DNA of 64,000 nucleotides from an uncultured Candidatus Saccharibacteria bacterium (GTDB lineage Bacteria; Patescibacteriota; Minisyncoccia; Phycocordibacterales; UBA9973): NCBI GenBank assembly GCA_964496425.1, contig CAZBZO010000001.1, positions 140,368 to 204,367 of the forward strand, read 5' to 3'. Shown piece by piece: positions 17,171 to 25,672 of this stretch (position 1 is its first letter; each line of letters starts with the position of its first letter). The notes under the pieces were generated by a model. It saw only the letters and a program-made list of their open reading frames with translations, ran no database searches and was not told where the DNA came from. The position numbers and the translations under genes were made by a program.

Positions 17171-18919
17171 CTACAACACTTCTTTTTGATAGCAACTCTC
17201 GCAATACACTTTTTCAGATCGGTCTGGCGCATAACTTGTCTCGAATTCATTTGCACATTTATCTCCATGATTGTGTTCTTTATTGGTACAGGTACATGCG
17301 CGGTGCCAGAGTTTCCAAGGTAAGGTTCGGCTTTTCATGCGTGTGAAGTATCGACAATTTGGACACGTATGCGGCAATGCAATGCCGAGCTTCCGGTACA
17401 TATCAAGTTCATTCTGAGTAATACGGAAAGCATTTGTGCAAATTTCATTACACAAAGCTTTGTGAGCGCATGGAAGTGTGTGGTTTAGAATATCACTCGT
17501 CACATTAGAAATTGAATCGGGAATTTCTTCAGATTCTATTGTGTAAACATGGGCTTTCTTTTCTTCTGGAAGAGTTCGGAATCCTGCTGCTTCAATTTCG
17601 TCTTTTGTAAGTGGATTAAATTCAAATGCAGCAGTCTCATTATATGTAAATCGAGAAAAATTTATCGGGAAATATTCCCCATAGGTATACACTCGCCTTT
17701 TCTCGTCGACGTACGGCAGTGTTTTCATCTGATCTATTATTTCTGTTCGCAAACGCTCGTATTCACTTTCAGAATATTGAGTATTAAAAATACAAAATTC
17801 CTTCTGCTTGAGGTTCACACATCCAAAACATTTTTTGACATAATTACATCCATCGCAATACTCTACGTCTTCCGTATGGCCGATATTGTAAGAGAAAAGT
17901 GAATGCTGGTTTCCACGGCCAGTCACAGTAAGCTCATAAGAATTCTCCACTCGGCCAGCCATAGAAAGGTCGTATGAGTCCACAACATGGTTAGTCGTAA
18001 TATTTACGAATTTTATATTCTCCGAATCTTGCACAGAAAACGACGAACGCACATTTTTGGAATTGGAAATAAAATCCCCAGTGCAATTTTCAGACTGGAT
18101 GATTACCGCAAAGCGATGGATTGCATCTTTCATGAGACGAAGATATTCTTCCAGGAGTTTTGTCTGCAGTTGATAGGATCCAGCTCGGTATTCCTTCATC
18201 CGCTTTTTATATTCATCTGCCGACAATTGTTCATTTCTGAATACGTAACTTCGATTACGGAGATTTGCAGACATAAAACAATTGGTGCAATTCACACTAT
18301 CAAATAAATAGGCTGAATCGATACATTGATGCGATCGAGTCAAAAACGCTGAGGCATAATTCCCAATCGAATCCACGACGTCATAGCAATTCTCATTCTC
18401 GGAAAAATTGAGGCAGTCGATACACATCCTGTTGCCATTTTCTCCTCCCCAGGAATACAAAATATCCTCGCTTCGAACAATACCGTACGAAAGATAGATC
18501 CGGCTACTTCGGTAAATATAATTTGAAAAAGTAATTCCTTCGCCGTTATTATTAGTGTGCTCAATGTGGAGCTGCGGCACACTTTTCATAAAATCATAAA
18601 ACTGCGGAAAGAATGGTTTGGAGAAATCGTACTCCCTGCCGTATGACATGGGGTCCCAATCATCGCTGAAATAACACTTTGTACAATAGACAATGAATGG
18701 AGAATTCGGATGATACATCGAGGCTACACTTTCACCACATTTATCACAATTTCGTTTATACAGTGATCGATGGTTAATAGAAGCAAGCCTGCGGAGCATG
18801 CGACACCCGGGACAAAAGGTCGGTGGCGGGACTTTGATTTTTTCATAAAATGCAAAATCTTCCAACTCAATCGGGAAGTTTTGCTTACAATTCTGACAAT
18901 TTTTTGTTTCGGTCTGCAT
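17171..18919 (-). CDS. Large Cys-rich multi-zinc-ribbon protein, paralog 1 (function unknown)
   Basis: N-terminal C-x2-C…C-x2-C (twice), a central Cys ladder and a C-terminal cluster of CxxC pairs. Paralogous along its whole length to 18947-20689. Confidence 0.6.
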   Translation of the reverse strand: MQTETKNCQNCKQNFPIELEDFAFYEKIKVPPPTFCPGCRMLRRLASINHRSLYKRNCDKCGESVASMYHPNSPFIVYCTKCYFSDDWDPMSYGREYDFSKPFFPQFYDFMKSVPQLHIEHTNNNGEGITFSNYIYRSSRIYLSYGIVRSEDILYSWGGENGNRMCIDCLNFSENENCYDVVDSIGNYASAFLTRSHQCIDSAYLFDSVNCTNCFMSANLRNRSYVFRNEQLSADEYKKRMKEYRAGSYQLQTKLLEEYLRLMKDAIHRFAVIIQSENCTGDFISNSKNVRSSFSVQDSENIKFVNITTNHVVDSYDLSMAGRVENSYELTVTGRGNQHSLFSYNIGHTEDVEYCDGCNYVKKCFGCVNLKQKEFCIFNTQYSESEYERLRTEIIDQMKTLPYVDEKRRVYTYGEYFPINFSRFTYNETAAFEFNPLTKDEIEAAGFRTLPEEKKAHVYTIESEEIPDSISNVTSDILNHTLPCAHKALCNEICTNAFRITQNELDMYRKLGIALPHTCPNCRYFTRMKSRTLPWKLWHRACTCTNKEHNHGDKCANEFETSYAPDRSEKVYCESCYQKEVL

Positions 18920-18946
18920 TCTTTTCCCTACTTACTATTTATTGTT

Positions 18947-20689
18947 CTATAGTACCTCCTGCTGGTAACACTGCTCGCAATAGAGCTTCTCTGGTCGCTC
19001 TGGCGCGTAACTTGTTTCAAATTCGTTTGGACACACACCTTGATGCTGATGATTTTTATTGTCACACATACAATGCCTATGCCAAAGTCGCATCGGATTT
19101 CGACTCGCTTCACGCTCGCTGTGCCGGCAATTGGGACAGAGGCTTGGAATTGGGAGACCGAGATCTTTGTAAAATAAAACTTCCTCAGGAATAACCCGAA
19201 ATGCTTTGGTGCATAGATGCTCACATGTACCACCGTGGTCACAAGCAATCGTTTCTTTTGTAATACTGGTATCGATATCTAAAATACTATTCGGAATATC
19301 GTCCGTGCTAATACTTGGCTCATGTAATTTTTGCTCTTTCTGCCGCCAAGAAAATCCTCTTTCGAGAGCGTGCTGTTCAGTAAGAGGAAAATATTCTTGA
19401 ACGACAGTTTCATTGTATGCATACGGAGAAAATTCGGGCGGGAAAAATTCTCCAAACGTGTATATGCGACCAGAGGCATCTATATACGGCATAGCATCCA
19501 TATGCTTTTTTATTTTCTCCACTAGCGTGTAGTATTCTTCTTTTTCGTATTGTTGGTTGAGAATACAATATTCAGCACCGCGGAGACTTGCGCAGCCAAA
19601 ATAGTTTTTGCCTTGCGCGCTTAAGTGCGAGTACCACATATCATCCACTGCTCCGATCGAATCGATTGAGAGCCTAATCATGCGACTATTCTGTGCGCCA
19701 CCACCAGTGTATTCGTAGATAAGCTCGGTTGTGCCGATATGTGTCGCATCAAAACAATCACGGCATTTAGGCGCTCGAAAAATATATTTACAATCTTCGC
19801 ACTCCACAACAGTAAAGCCAGAGTAAATATTTTTTGAATCACGAATATCATTACCGGACGAATTGGGAGAATTGAGAATACGACTCCATTTATGAATCGC
19901 GTTTCGCTCCAAAGCTTTGTATTTTTCTATCGCTCTCCTCTGCCCTTCTCGTGTAAAAAGCGCAAGTTCTTTTTTCTTTGTTTCGTAGGTTTCCTTGGTA
20001 TATTGGATGTTTTCAATCACGTAGCGCTTATTGCGAAGGTTGGTCGAAAGAATACAATCCTGACAATTCGTACAATCATATACAAAGTGGCAGCCAATAC
20101 ACTCGCGGCAATAATGACTAAAAGTAACCCGGTAATTTTTATTACCAACAATACAACCATGACAGTATTCAGAATTCGTCATATCTTCACAGTCCACAAG
20201 ATAGCGACTGGTATCGCTATTTTTTGAATAATATATGTATTCTGATCCATAGACTGTCGAATACGAAAGATACACATCTTTTGAATCATGACTATAATTC
20301 GAAAAATCAGCATTTTGTGCATTGCTCTGATGCACGCCTTGCTTGGGAGTCGCCACAAACAAATCATGCCACTGAGTAAAGAAAGGCCGTGAAAAATCAT
20401 ACTCCCGACCATAGGAAAGCGGGTCCCATCTATCACTGCGATAGCACTCTGGACAATAGACGGTAAAACCTTTATCAGCAGCATACATAGAAAAAGTATT
20501 TTTATTACAAAGCGCACAGGATACTTTATAGAGCGCTCGTTCATTCCGCCAGATCAACCGCCGGACGAGACGGCATTCGGGACACCACGAAGGCGCCGGT
20601 ACTCCCATCTTTTCATAAAACGAAAAATCGTCTGGCTCGATCGTGAAATCTTGTTTACAGTTTTGGCAATTTTTAGTTTCCGTATGCAT
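18947..20689 (-). CDS. Large Cys-rich multi-zinc-ribbon protein, paralog 2 (function unknown)
   Basis: Roughly 60% identical to paralog 1 at both termini by eye (MxTETKNCQNCKQ.F.IE..DF.FYEK…; …CPNCR…LWHR.C.C.NK.H.H…CYQ.EVL). Confidence 0.6.
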   Translation of the reverse strand: MHTETKNCQNCKQDFTIEPDDFSFYEKMGVPAPSWCPECRLVRRLIWRNERALYKVSCALCNKNTFSMYAADKGFTVYCPECYRSDRWDPLSYGREYDFSRPFFTQWHDLFVATPKQGVHQSNAQNADFSNYSHDSKDVYLSYSTVYGSEYIYYSKNSDTSRYLVDCEDMTNSEYCHGCIVGNKNYRVTFSHYCRECIGCHFVYDCTNCQDCILSTNLRNKRYVIENIQYTKETYETKKKELALFTREGQRRAIEKYKALERNAIHKWSRILNSPNSSGNDIRDSKNIYSGFTVVECEDCKYIFRAPKCRDCFDATHIGTTELIYEYTGGGAQNSRMIRLSIDSIGAVDDMWYSHLSAQGKNYFGCASLRGAEYCILNQQYEKEEYYTLVEKIKKHMDAMPYIDASGRIYTFGEFFPPEFSPYAYNETVVQEYFPLTEQHALERGFSWRQKEQKLHEPSISTDDIPNSILDIDTSITKETIACDHGGTCEHLCTKAFRVIPEEVLFYKDLGLPIPSLCPNCRHSEREASRNPMRLWHRHCMCDNKNHQHQGVCPNEFETSYAPERPEKLYCEQCYQQEVL

Positions 20690-20691
20690 TT

Positions 20692-21108
20692 CTACTTACT
20701 ATTTTTATTTTTCCTTTCCAAAAATCGCTCGAGTATAATCGCCGCCGCGCGAGCGTCGAGGTTGGTAGGTTTTGTTGGAGCTTTTCCCTGGCGAGCATTC
20801 TTCCCTTCTTTCCCCTGTCGGCCATGTGCTTCAAATGATGTGAATGCTTCGGTTACCTGTTCAACAGGAAGCATCGTCACCAAAGAAATCTGCCCGATGA
20901 ATTCATTGATATCGGTTTGCACTTTATTTTCTCCGGAATTGCCCACGACCATAGCTTCTACACCTTCTGTGGCTATGATTTTCTCAATTTCTTCAATCAG
21001 TTTTGAGTCGTTTTTAAGTACCGTAAGGGTACGCACAATAGTCCCACTTTCGTCTGAAAGGGCCAGGCCGACACGTTTGGTGCCATAATCAATGCCTAAA
21101 TATCGCAT
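20692..21108 (-). CDS. yqgF: YqgF/RuvC-like Holliday junction resolvase family (putative pre-16S rRNA nuclease)
   Basis: MRYLGIDYGTKRVGLALSD N-terminal RNase H-like motif; about 138 aa. Confidence 0.8.
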   Translation of the reverse strand: MRYLGIDYGTKRVGLALSDESGTIVRTLTVLKNDSKLIEEIEKIIATEGVEAMVVGNSGENKVQTDINEFIGQISLVTMLPVEQVTEAFTSFEAHGRQGKEGKNARQGKAPTKPTNLDARAAAIILERFLERKNKNSK

Positions 21109-21143
21109 ATGCAGAGTGTACCATACCCAAAGTCAGCGTAATT

Positions 21144-21527
21144 TTATCCAAATACTTGATTGAGTTTTTGGGCGAGCTCATACTGCTGATTGTACGAAAG
21201 ATACTCAAGGGACTCTAAAGCTTCATGATTATTTGGGTCAAGAATTGAAAGGGCTTCTTTAAGATCGTTTTCAAGTTTTGCGTCTCGTTTATCGATAACA
21301 AATCCTCGAGACCGGAAAAATTTTATTAAAATCAAGACTTCCCTTTCTGTAAAATCTGGATTATTGTCATCTTTTTTTCTAATATCTGCAAATTTACACA
21401 AATCAACACAAAATTTTCTTAACCTCTCTTCTATGGCAACTTCGGCCGCAGATAGATGCCACACTTCTGTTTCAGTGCTAAATTTAAACGCGATTGTATC
21501 TGGCCTTTTTATTTCAAAAATTTGCAT
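21144..21527 (-). CDS. Hypothetical protein (127 aa)
   Basis: ORF immediately downstream of the metallopeptidase-like gene, with the same orientation. Confidence 0.45.
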   Translation of the reverse strand: MQIFEIKRPDTIAFKFSTETEVWHLSAAEVAIEERLRKFCVDLCKFADIRKKDDNNPDFTEREVLILIKFFRSRGFVIDKRDAKLENDLKEALSILDPNNHEALESLEYLSYNQQYELAQKLNQVFG

Positions 21528-23192
21528 TTAGTAACTGTACATGGAGAACCTGATATCGCTCGCTTGCTTACTTCTTTCGTCCGAATATAATTGATTAATA
21601 TCGATTATCCTTAAAGAGGTACTCCAGCGCTTATTATATGCTTCCAAAGCAATCCGTTCTTTTTCTGAACTTTGCTTACCGAGAGCACAGATCTTTGCAA
21701 ATTCTCTATAGACTTCGTTGTTATCCAAGACTAAATCATCCATGTTTTTACTCGTATCGTCCGCAGAGTTCAAGAGATCTAAGATATTTCTATACCCGTG
21801 CTTCTGCGCTACAGAATCGAGCTCATCCTGACCAGATAAAATAATCGCCCAAAAAAGCGAATCGTACTGCTTGTCTACCGCTTCCATATTTACAAGTTCT
21901 GATAGTTCCTGTGCCTGTTCGGGTGCAAGTTTAGGTTTTTTATATACTTCACTTTGCATTACTTCAATTCTTTTTTCGATAGCAGAATCTATGTTAAATG
22001 TTGGATCTTTTTTCTTAATTAGAAATTCTACAAGTTCTACATCTTTCGGTGCTAGATTTTTCTTCCCAAACGCCAGATACTCTCCACATATCTCAGCCCA
22101 ATATTCTTTTGTTTTGGTATAAAGTTCAATTTGCTTATCATCATTTTTAATAAGATCTACATACGCACTCTGAAAACGGTTTGGGGCATAGACGCGATTA
22201 CTTACTTCAAATAGCAGGTCGAGTCGTTCAATAGGAGTAAGTCCTTCTACTGTCTCCCAATCATTCGCATGTCCTGATTCATGAGAAATTGCTTCAAAAG
22301 CGAAATTTGGATCTTGTAACTCGTAGTTTCGAAGAAGAATCTCCTTGGACGCTGAATTGAAATGTGCCGCTTCGCTTCCCGTAATGTTGTATGCAGAATT
22401 CATTGCACTGCCTGTAGTATCGTTTGTAAGAATCATTTTCTCTACTTCTGTTGAAAACCATCCCTTTGGATATGTTTGCTCTATGATTTTTTGTAGTTGC
22501 GGTATAGTAAGCGTGTCATATCGAGGTCCTTCAAAACGGTAGTTTTCAAAAACTAACTTATTTTCTTCGTTTATTGAAGTTGAGTCAACGTCGTCTGATA
22601 TATCAAGGATGGAATTAAGCTCCTCATATTCGTTTGAGCGTCTGGTGTCTTTCAGATTTTCTATTTCTTTTTGCGTATTCTTATATTCCTCTGCGTAAAT
22701 ATTCACAAAAAGATATCCTGGGGCTTTTATTGGTATAAAAATTCCAAACATAGCCGCTTCTTTCAGATTATGTTGAGAGAAATGAGTAGTTTCTATATCA
22801 TTGTTTGTAATACCCTGGTTTCTTTCTATATTATTTTCAAATTCTCCAGGTGTCTGCAGAAAACTGATATTAGACTCACCGAGCATTTCCGCAACCCGCG
22901 TATATTTTTCTTGATATGAAGCTGTGTTATTTTCAATAGCATATTCCTTCAGTAAATTTTTTGCTTTTTCATACTCTCGTTCAGCTACCTGACGTTTAGC
23001 AACTTCTACGCCGATACTTAAAACAGCCGCCGATAACGTTGTAAAAAGTGCCTTTTTGAGCACATTCTTTACAAGACGTTTGTAACCTGGTGGTGCTTGT
23101 ATTGATTCGTTTTTTACTTCAAGAAGAATAGTGGAAAGCTCGGTTTCTTTATTCTCTTGAAGATTTGGAGGGCTAAAATTTTCAGTACCCAT
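21528..23192 (-). CDS. Membrane-anchored HEXXH zinc-metallopeptidase-like protein (554 aa)
   Basis: N-terminal TM segment; HESGH (HExxH) motif in the C-terminal half. Confidence 0.5.
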   Translation of the reverse strand: MGTENFSPPNLQENKETELSTILLEVKNESIQAPPGYKRLVKNVLKKALFTTLSAAVLSIGVEVAKRQVAEREYEKAKNLLKEYAIENNTASYQEKYTRVAEMLGESNISFLQTPGEFENNIERNQGITNNDIETTHFSQHNLKEAAMFGIFIPIKAPGYLFVNIYAEEYKNTQKEIENLKDTRRSNEYEELNSILDISDDVDSTSINEENKLVFENYRFEGPRYDTLTIPQLQKIIEQTYPKGWFSTEVEKMILTNDTTGSAMNSAYNITGSEAAHFNSASKEILLRNYELQDPNFAFEAISHESGHANDWETVEGLTPIERLDLLFEVSNRVYAPNRFQSAYVDLIKNDDKQIELYTKTKEYWAEICGEYLAFGKKNLAPKDVELVEFLIKKKDPTFNIDSAIEKRIEVMQSEVYKKPKLAPEQAQELSELVNMEAVDKQYDSLFWAIILSGQDELDSVAQKHGYRNILDLLNSADDTSKNMDDLVLDNNEVYREFAKICALGKQSSEKERIALEAYNKRWSTSLRIIDINQLYSDERSKQASDIRFSMYSY

Positions 23193-23207
23193 AGTTTTTA
23201 TAGAATG

Positions 23208-23279
23208 TCATATAATCAGTCTACTTTCAAGCGCAAGTTTGATCCGTTTGATGCCAAAATCAATACCTAAATATCGCAT
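23208..23279 (-). pseudogene. Truncated duplicate of the yqgF 5' end (23-codon remnant MRYLGIDFGIKRIKLALESRLII*)
   Basis: About 88% nucleotide identity over about 34 nt with the start of yqgF at 21065-21108; ends 15 nt upstream of the 554-aa gene start. Confidence 0.55.
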
Positions 23280-23323
23280 GGATTTAGCTTAGCATACCTA
23301 GAGGAAACAAGGGGTGCGAAATT

Positions 23324-23995
23324 TTATTTAGCCGCAAACGGATTCCAGTTAGTCCCGCGATCGTAATAGTCTTCCCCTTCTGACTTTTTCAAATAGCCAA
23401 TGACTTTATATGTCACCGGGGTAAGAACAACTTCAACAAGAGTTTTAAAAATATAGTTTGAAATAATAAGAGTAAGGAGTAGCCCGCCTGGCAAAACGCC
23501 AAGAAATGCGATCAGAATAAAAAGAGTACTGTCGATCCCTTCGCCGACCAAGGTCGAGCCGATTGTACGCATCCAGAGCCGCTTTCCATCCATCCAAATT
23601 TTCATTTTCGCGAGGATGAATGAATTGGAAAATTCTCCAGCTAGGTATGCAATGAGGCTCGCGAGCACAATACGTGGAGTAAGGCCCAAGATCGCATCAT
23701 ATGCTGCTTGATTGTTCCAATCAGGCGCGGCCGGAAGCTTGCCAACCACGATGAATACAATCGACATCAAGAGTGCGCAGAAAAATCCAAGCCAGATCAC
23801 TTTGCGGCTTTGCTTGTAGCCATAGACTTCCGTCAAAATGTCACCAAAAATATATGAGAGCGGGAAAAGAAGCGTACCGGCATCAAAGGTCAATGGTCCG
23901 AAGTCTACGATCTTGGTCGAAGCCACGTTTGATATCAGCAGCACAGCCACGAAAAACACGGCAATAGTTCCTAGGTGTTTGTAATTTTTTTGCAT
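23324..23995 (-). CDS. Queuosine-precursor transporter (YhhQ/VUT family)
   Basis: Conserved YhhQ blocks (…ISNVASTKIV…FPLSYIFGDILTEVYGY…). Confidence 0.8.
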   Translation of the reverse strand: MQKNYKHLGTIAVFFVAVLLISNVASTKIVDFGPLTFDAGTLLFPLSYIFGDILTEVYGYKQSRKVIWLGFFCALLMSIVFIVVGKLPAAPDWNNQAAYDAILGLTPRIVLASLIAYLAGEFSNSFILAKMKIWMDGKRLWMRTIGSTLVGEGIDSTLFILIAFLGVLPGGLLLTLIISNYIFKTLVEVVLTPVTYKVIGYLKKSEGEDYYDRGTNWNPFAAK

Positions 23996-24026
23996 AATGA
24001 ATTTAATGCCAAGTTTCAGCGATAAA

Positions 24027-24260
24027 TTATAGAAAATGTTTTTTAATGAATGCTCTTCCAGATCCCGATTTCAAATATTTTTCAAATTCAAACGCTTTAT
24101 ATTTATCTGAAAAAGCAATATAGAAATCGAGCTTTACTGGCAAACGTAGAGCAGTTGCTGGAACGTTACCATTTTGGTGTCGTTCGATTCTCTCCTTTAA
24201 ATCGTTAGTGCAGCCAACATAGAATCCATCTTTGCATTTTAAACTATATACGTAATACAT
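24027..24260 (-). CDS. GIY-YIG nuclease family protein (small, YhbQ-like)
   Basis: YVYSL…GFYVGCTNDLKERIERHQNG motif. Start at MYYVYSL (24260). Confidence 0.7.
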   Translation of the reverse strand: MYYVYSLKCKDGFYVGCTNDLKERIERHQNGNVPATALRLPVKLDFYIAFSDKYKAFEFEKYLKSGSGRAFIKKHFL

Positions 24261-24375
24261 AATCCCGATCGCAGAGAAACTTTTATTAGCAATCTTCAAG
24301 CGGACTGCGTCACGCCGAAGCCACGGTGTAACTTTGGCGAAACCCAACTTCGCTAAAGCTACGTCGTGGCGAAGG

Positions 24376-24462
24376 CGGAGGAAGTGAGATTCGAACTCAC
24401 GGACCCCGTAAAGGGTCTCCTGTTTTCAAGACAGGTGCCTTCAACCACTCAGCCATTCCTCC
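24376..24462 (-). tRNA. tRNA-Ser (anticodon TGA), long variable arm
   Basis: Manual fold: acceptor GGAGGAA/TTCCTCC, anticodon arm CCTGT-CTTGAAA-ACAGG, variable stem-loop, T-arm GTGAGTTCGAATCTCAC. Confidence 0.9.
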
Positions 24463-24608
24463 ATCATTAATATTGTAGCTAGATCTCTATACTCCCTAGG
24501 CTTCAATAGAACCCCTCTACCTTACCTTATTTCCCTCTTTTTTTCAAACATTTTCTCTTAATTTGCAATTTTCTGAACAAAGGAACAGAATGAGCAAAAC
24601 GATATCTC

Positions 24609-24986
24609 ATGGCAGTTAAAAACATCATAGAAACCGAGGAACACCATAGGCGTCCTCGTTCACTTGGAGGTAAAAGTAATAGCGGGAATATTTCCTATGT
24701 AATACCAAAACATCATAAGTATTGGCATACGCTGTTTGGAAATATGAATGCATATCAAATTACCGATGAACTTATTATGCATTATAAGCCATCACATATA
24801 AATTTAGTCTGCACTTTCATCAATGGTACAGAAGTACATGCCAAGGGCGGACAAAATTCCAAAAAAAATACAAAGTGCCGAAAATCTTGGAATGAACTTT
24901 TCAAAGATATGACATTTGAAGAAGCCATTCAATACATAAACAATACTTGGCTTGATCCTTCATACCATATCTATATAAAATATTAG
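24609..24986 (+). CDS. HNH endonuclease domain protein (125 aa)
   Basis: EEHHRRPRSLGG…N…KHHKYWH, an HNH-type beta-beta-alpha metal motif. Confidence 0.6.
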   Translation: MAVKNIIETEEHHRRPRSLGGKSNSGNISYVIPKHHKYWHTLFGNMNAYQITDELIMHYKPSHINLVCTFINGTEVHAKGGQNSKKNTKCRKSWNELFKDMTFEEAIQYINNTWLDPSYHIYIKY

Positions 24987-25003
24987 TTTCAAATATAAGC
25001 CCT

Positions 25004-25033
25004 GAAGCTGCTCCCTGGCAGCTTCTTTTTTTT
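25004..25033 (+). terminator. Rho-independent terminator after the HNH gene
   Basis: gaagctgctccctggcagcttc plus tttttttt. Confidence 0.5.
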
Positions 25034-25105
25034 ATGCACACTTTAGATTTTGACAGACGCCAGAGCATGCTATGCTTTCTATATTAAGAGCTAACTATTT
25101 TAACT

Positions 25106-25654
25106 ATGGATACATCAACAAATTCTGTGCCTGAGTCTACAACAGCGCCAAGTATGACCACTGGCAAAATGCGCATTGGTTTTGGAAAGCGTTTTTGGGC
25201 TGCCTTGCTCGACGCATTTATCGCTATTGTTATTGGCTATATTTTAGGATCGTTAGTAGGCAGCTCTTTTGATTCTTTCACAGAAGGAGAAGCCATCGGT
25301 GGCTTAGAAGGCAGTATGGCTGTCGGTGTATGGATCTTCCAATTAATAAATATTTTCTTGGAAGGCTCCCGTGGTGCATCGATCGGCAAAATGATTGTAA
25401 AAATTCAGATTAAAGATCAGAGCGGTACACAAGCAAACAACGCTGCACTCTGGAAGCGCACACTTGTAAAAAATATTTCTTTCCTCTGTCTTATCATAGC
25501 GACACTTTTAAGCATCAAGTTTATCTCCACCGTCGGCGGAATCTTGGGTTTTGTCATTTTCATCGGCTGCTTCTTCGTCCTTGGCAAAAATCGCCAAGCT
25601 TTCCATGACATGCTGGCGAAAACTGCCGTTTACAGCAAAAAAGATATCGCCTAG
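25106..25654 (+). CDS. RDD-family membrane protein
   Basis: GKRFWAALLDAFI… and 3-TM topology. Confidence 0.6.
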   Translation: MDTSTNSVPESTTAPSMTTGKMRIGFGKRFWAALLDAFIAIVIGYILGSLVGSSFDSFTEGEAIGGLEGSMAVGVWIFQLINIFLEGSRGASIGKMIVKIQIKDQSGTQANNAALWKRTLVKNISFLCLIIATLLSIKFISTVGGILGFVIFIGCFFVLGKNRQAFHDMLAKTAVYSKKDIA

Positions 25655-25672
25655 TTTTTCTCAAAAAATATT

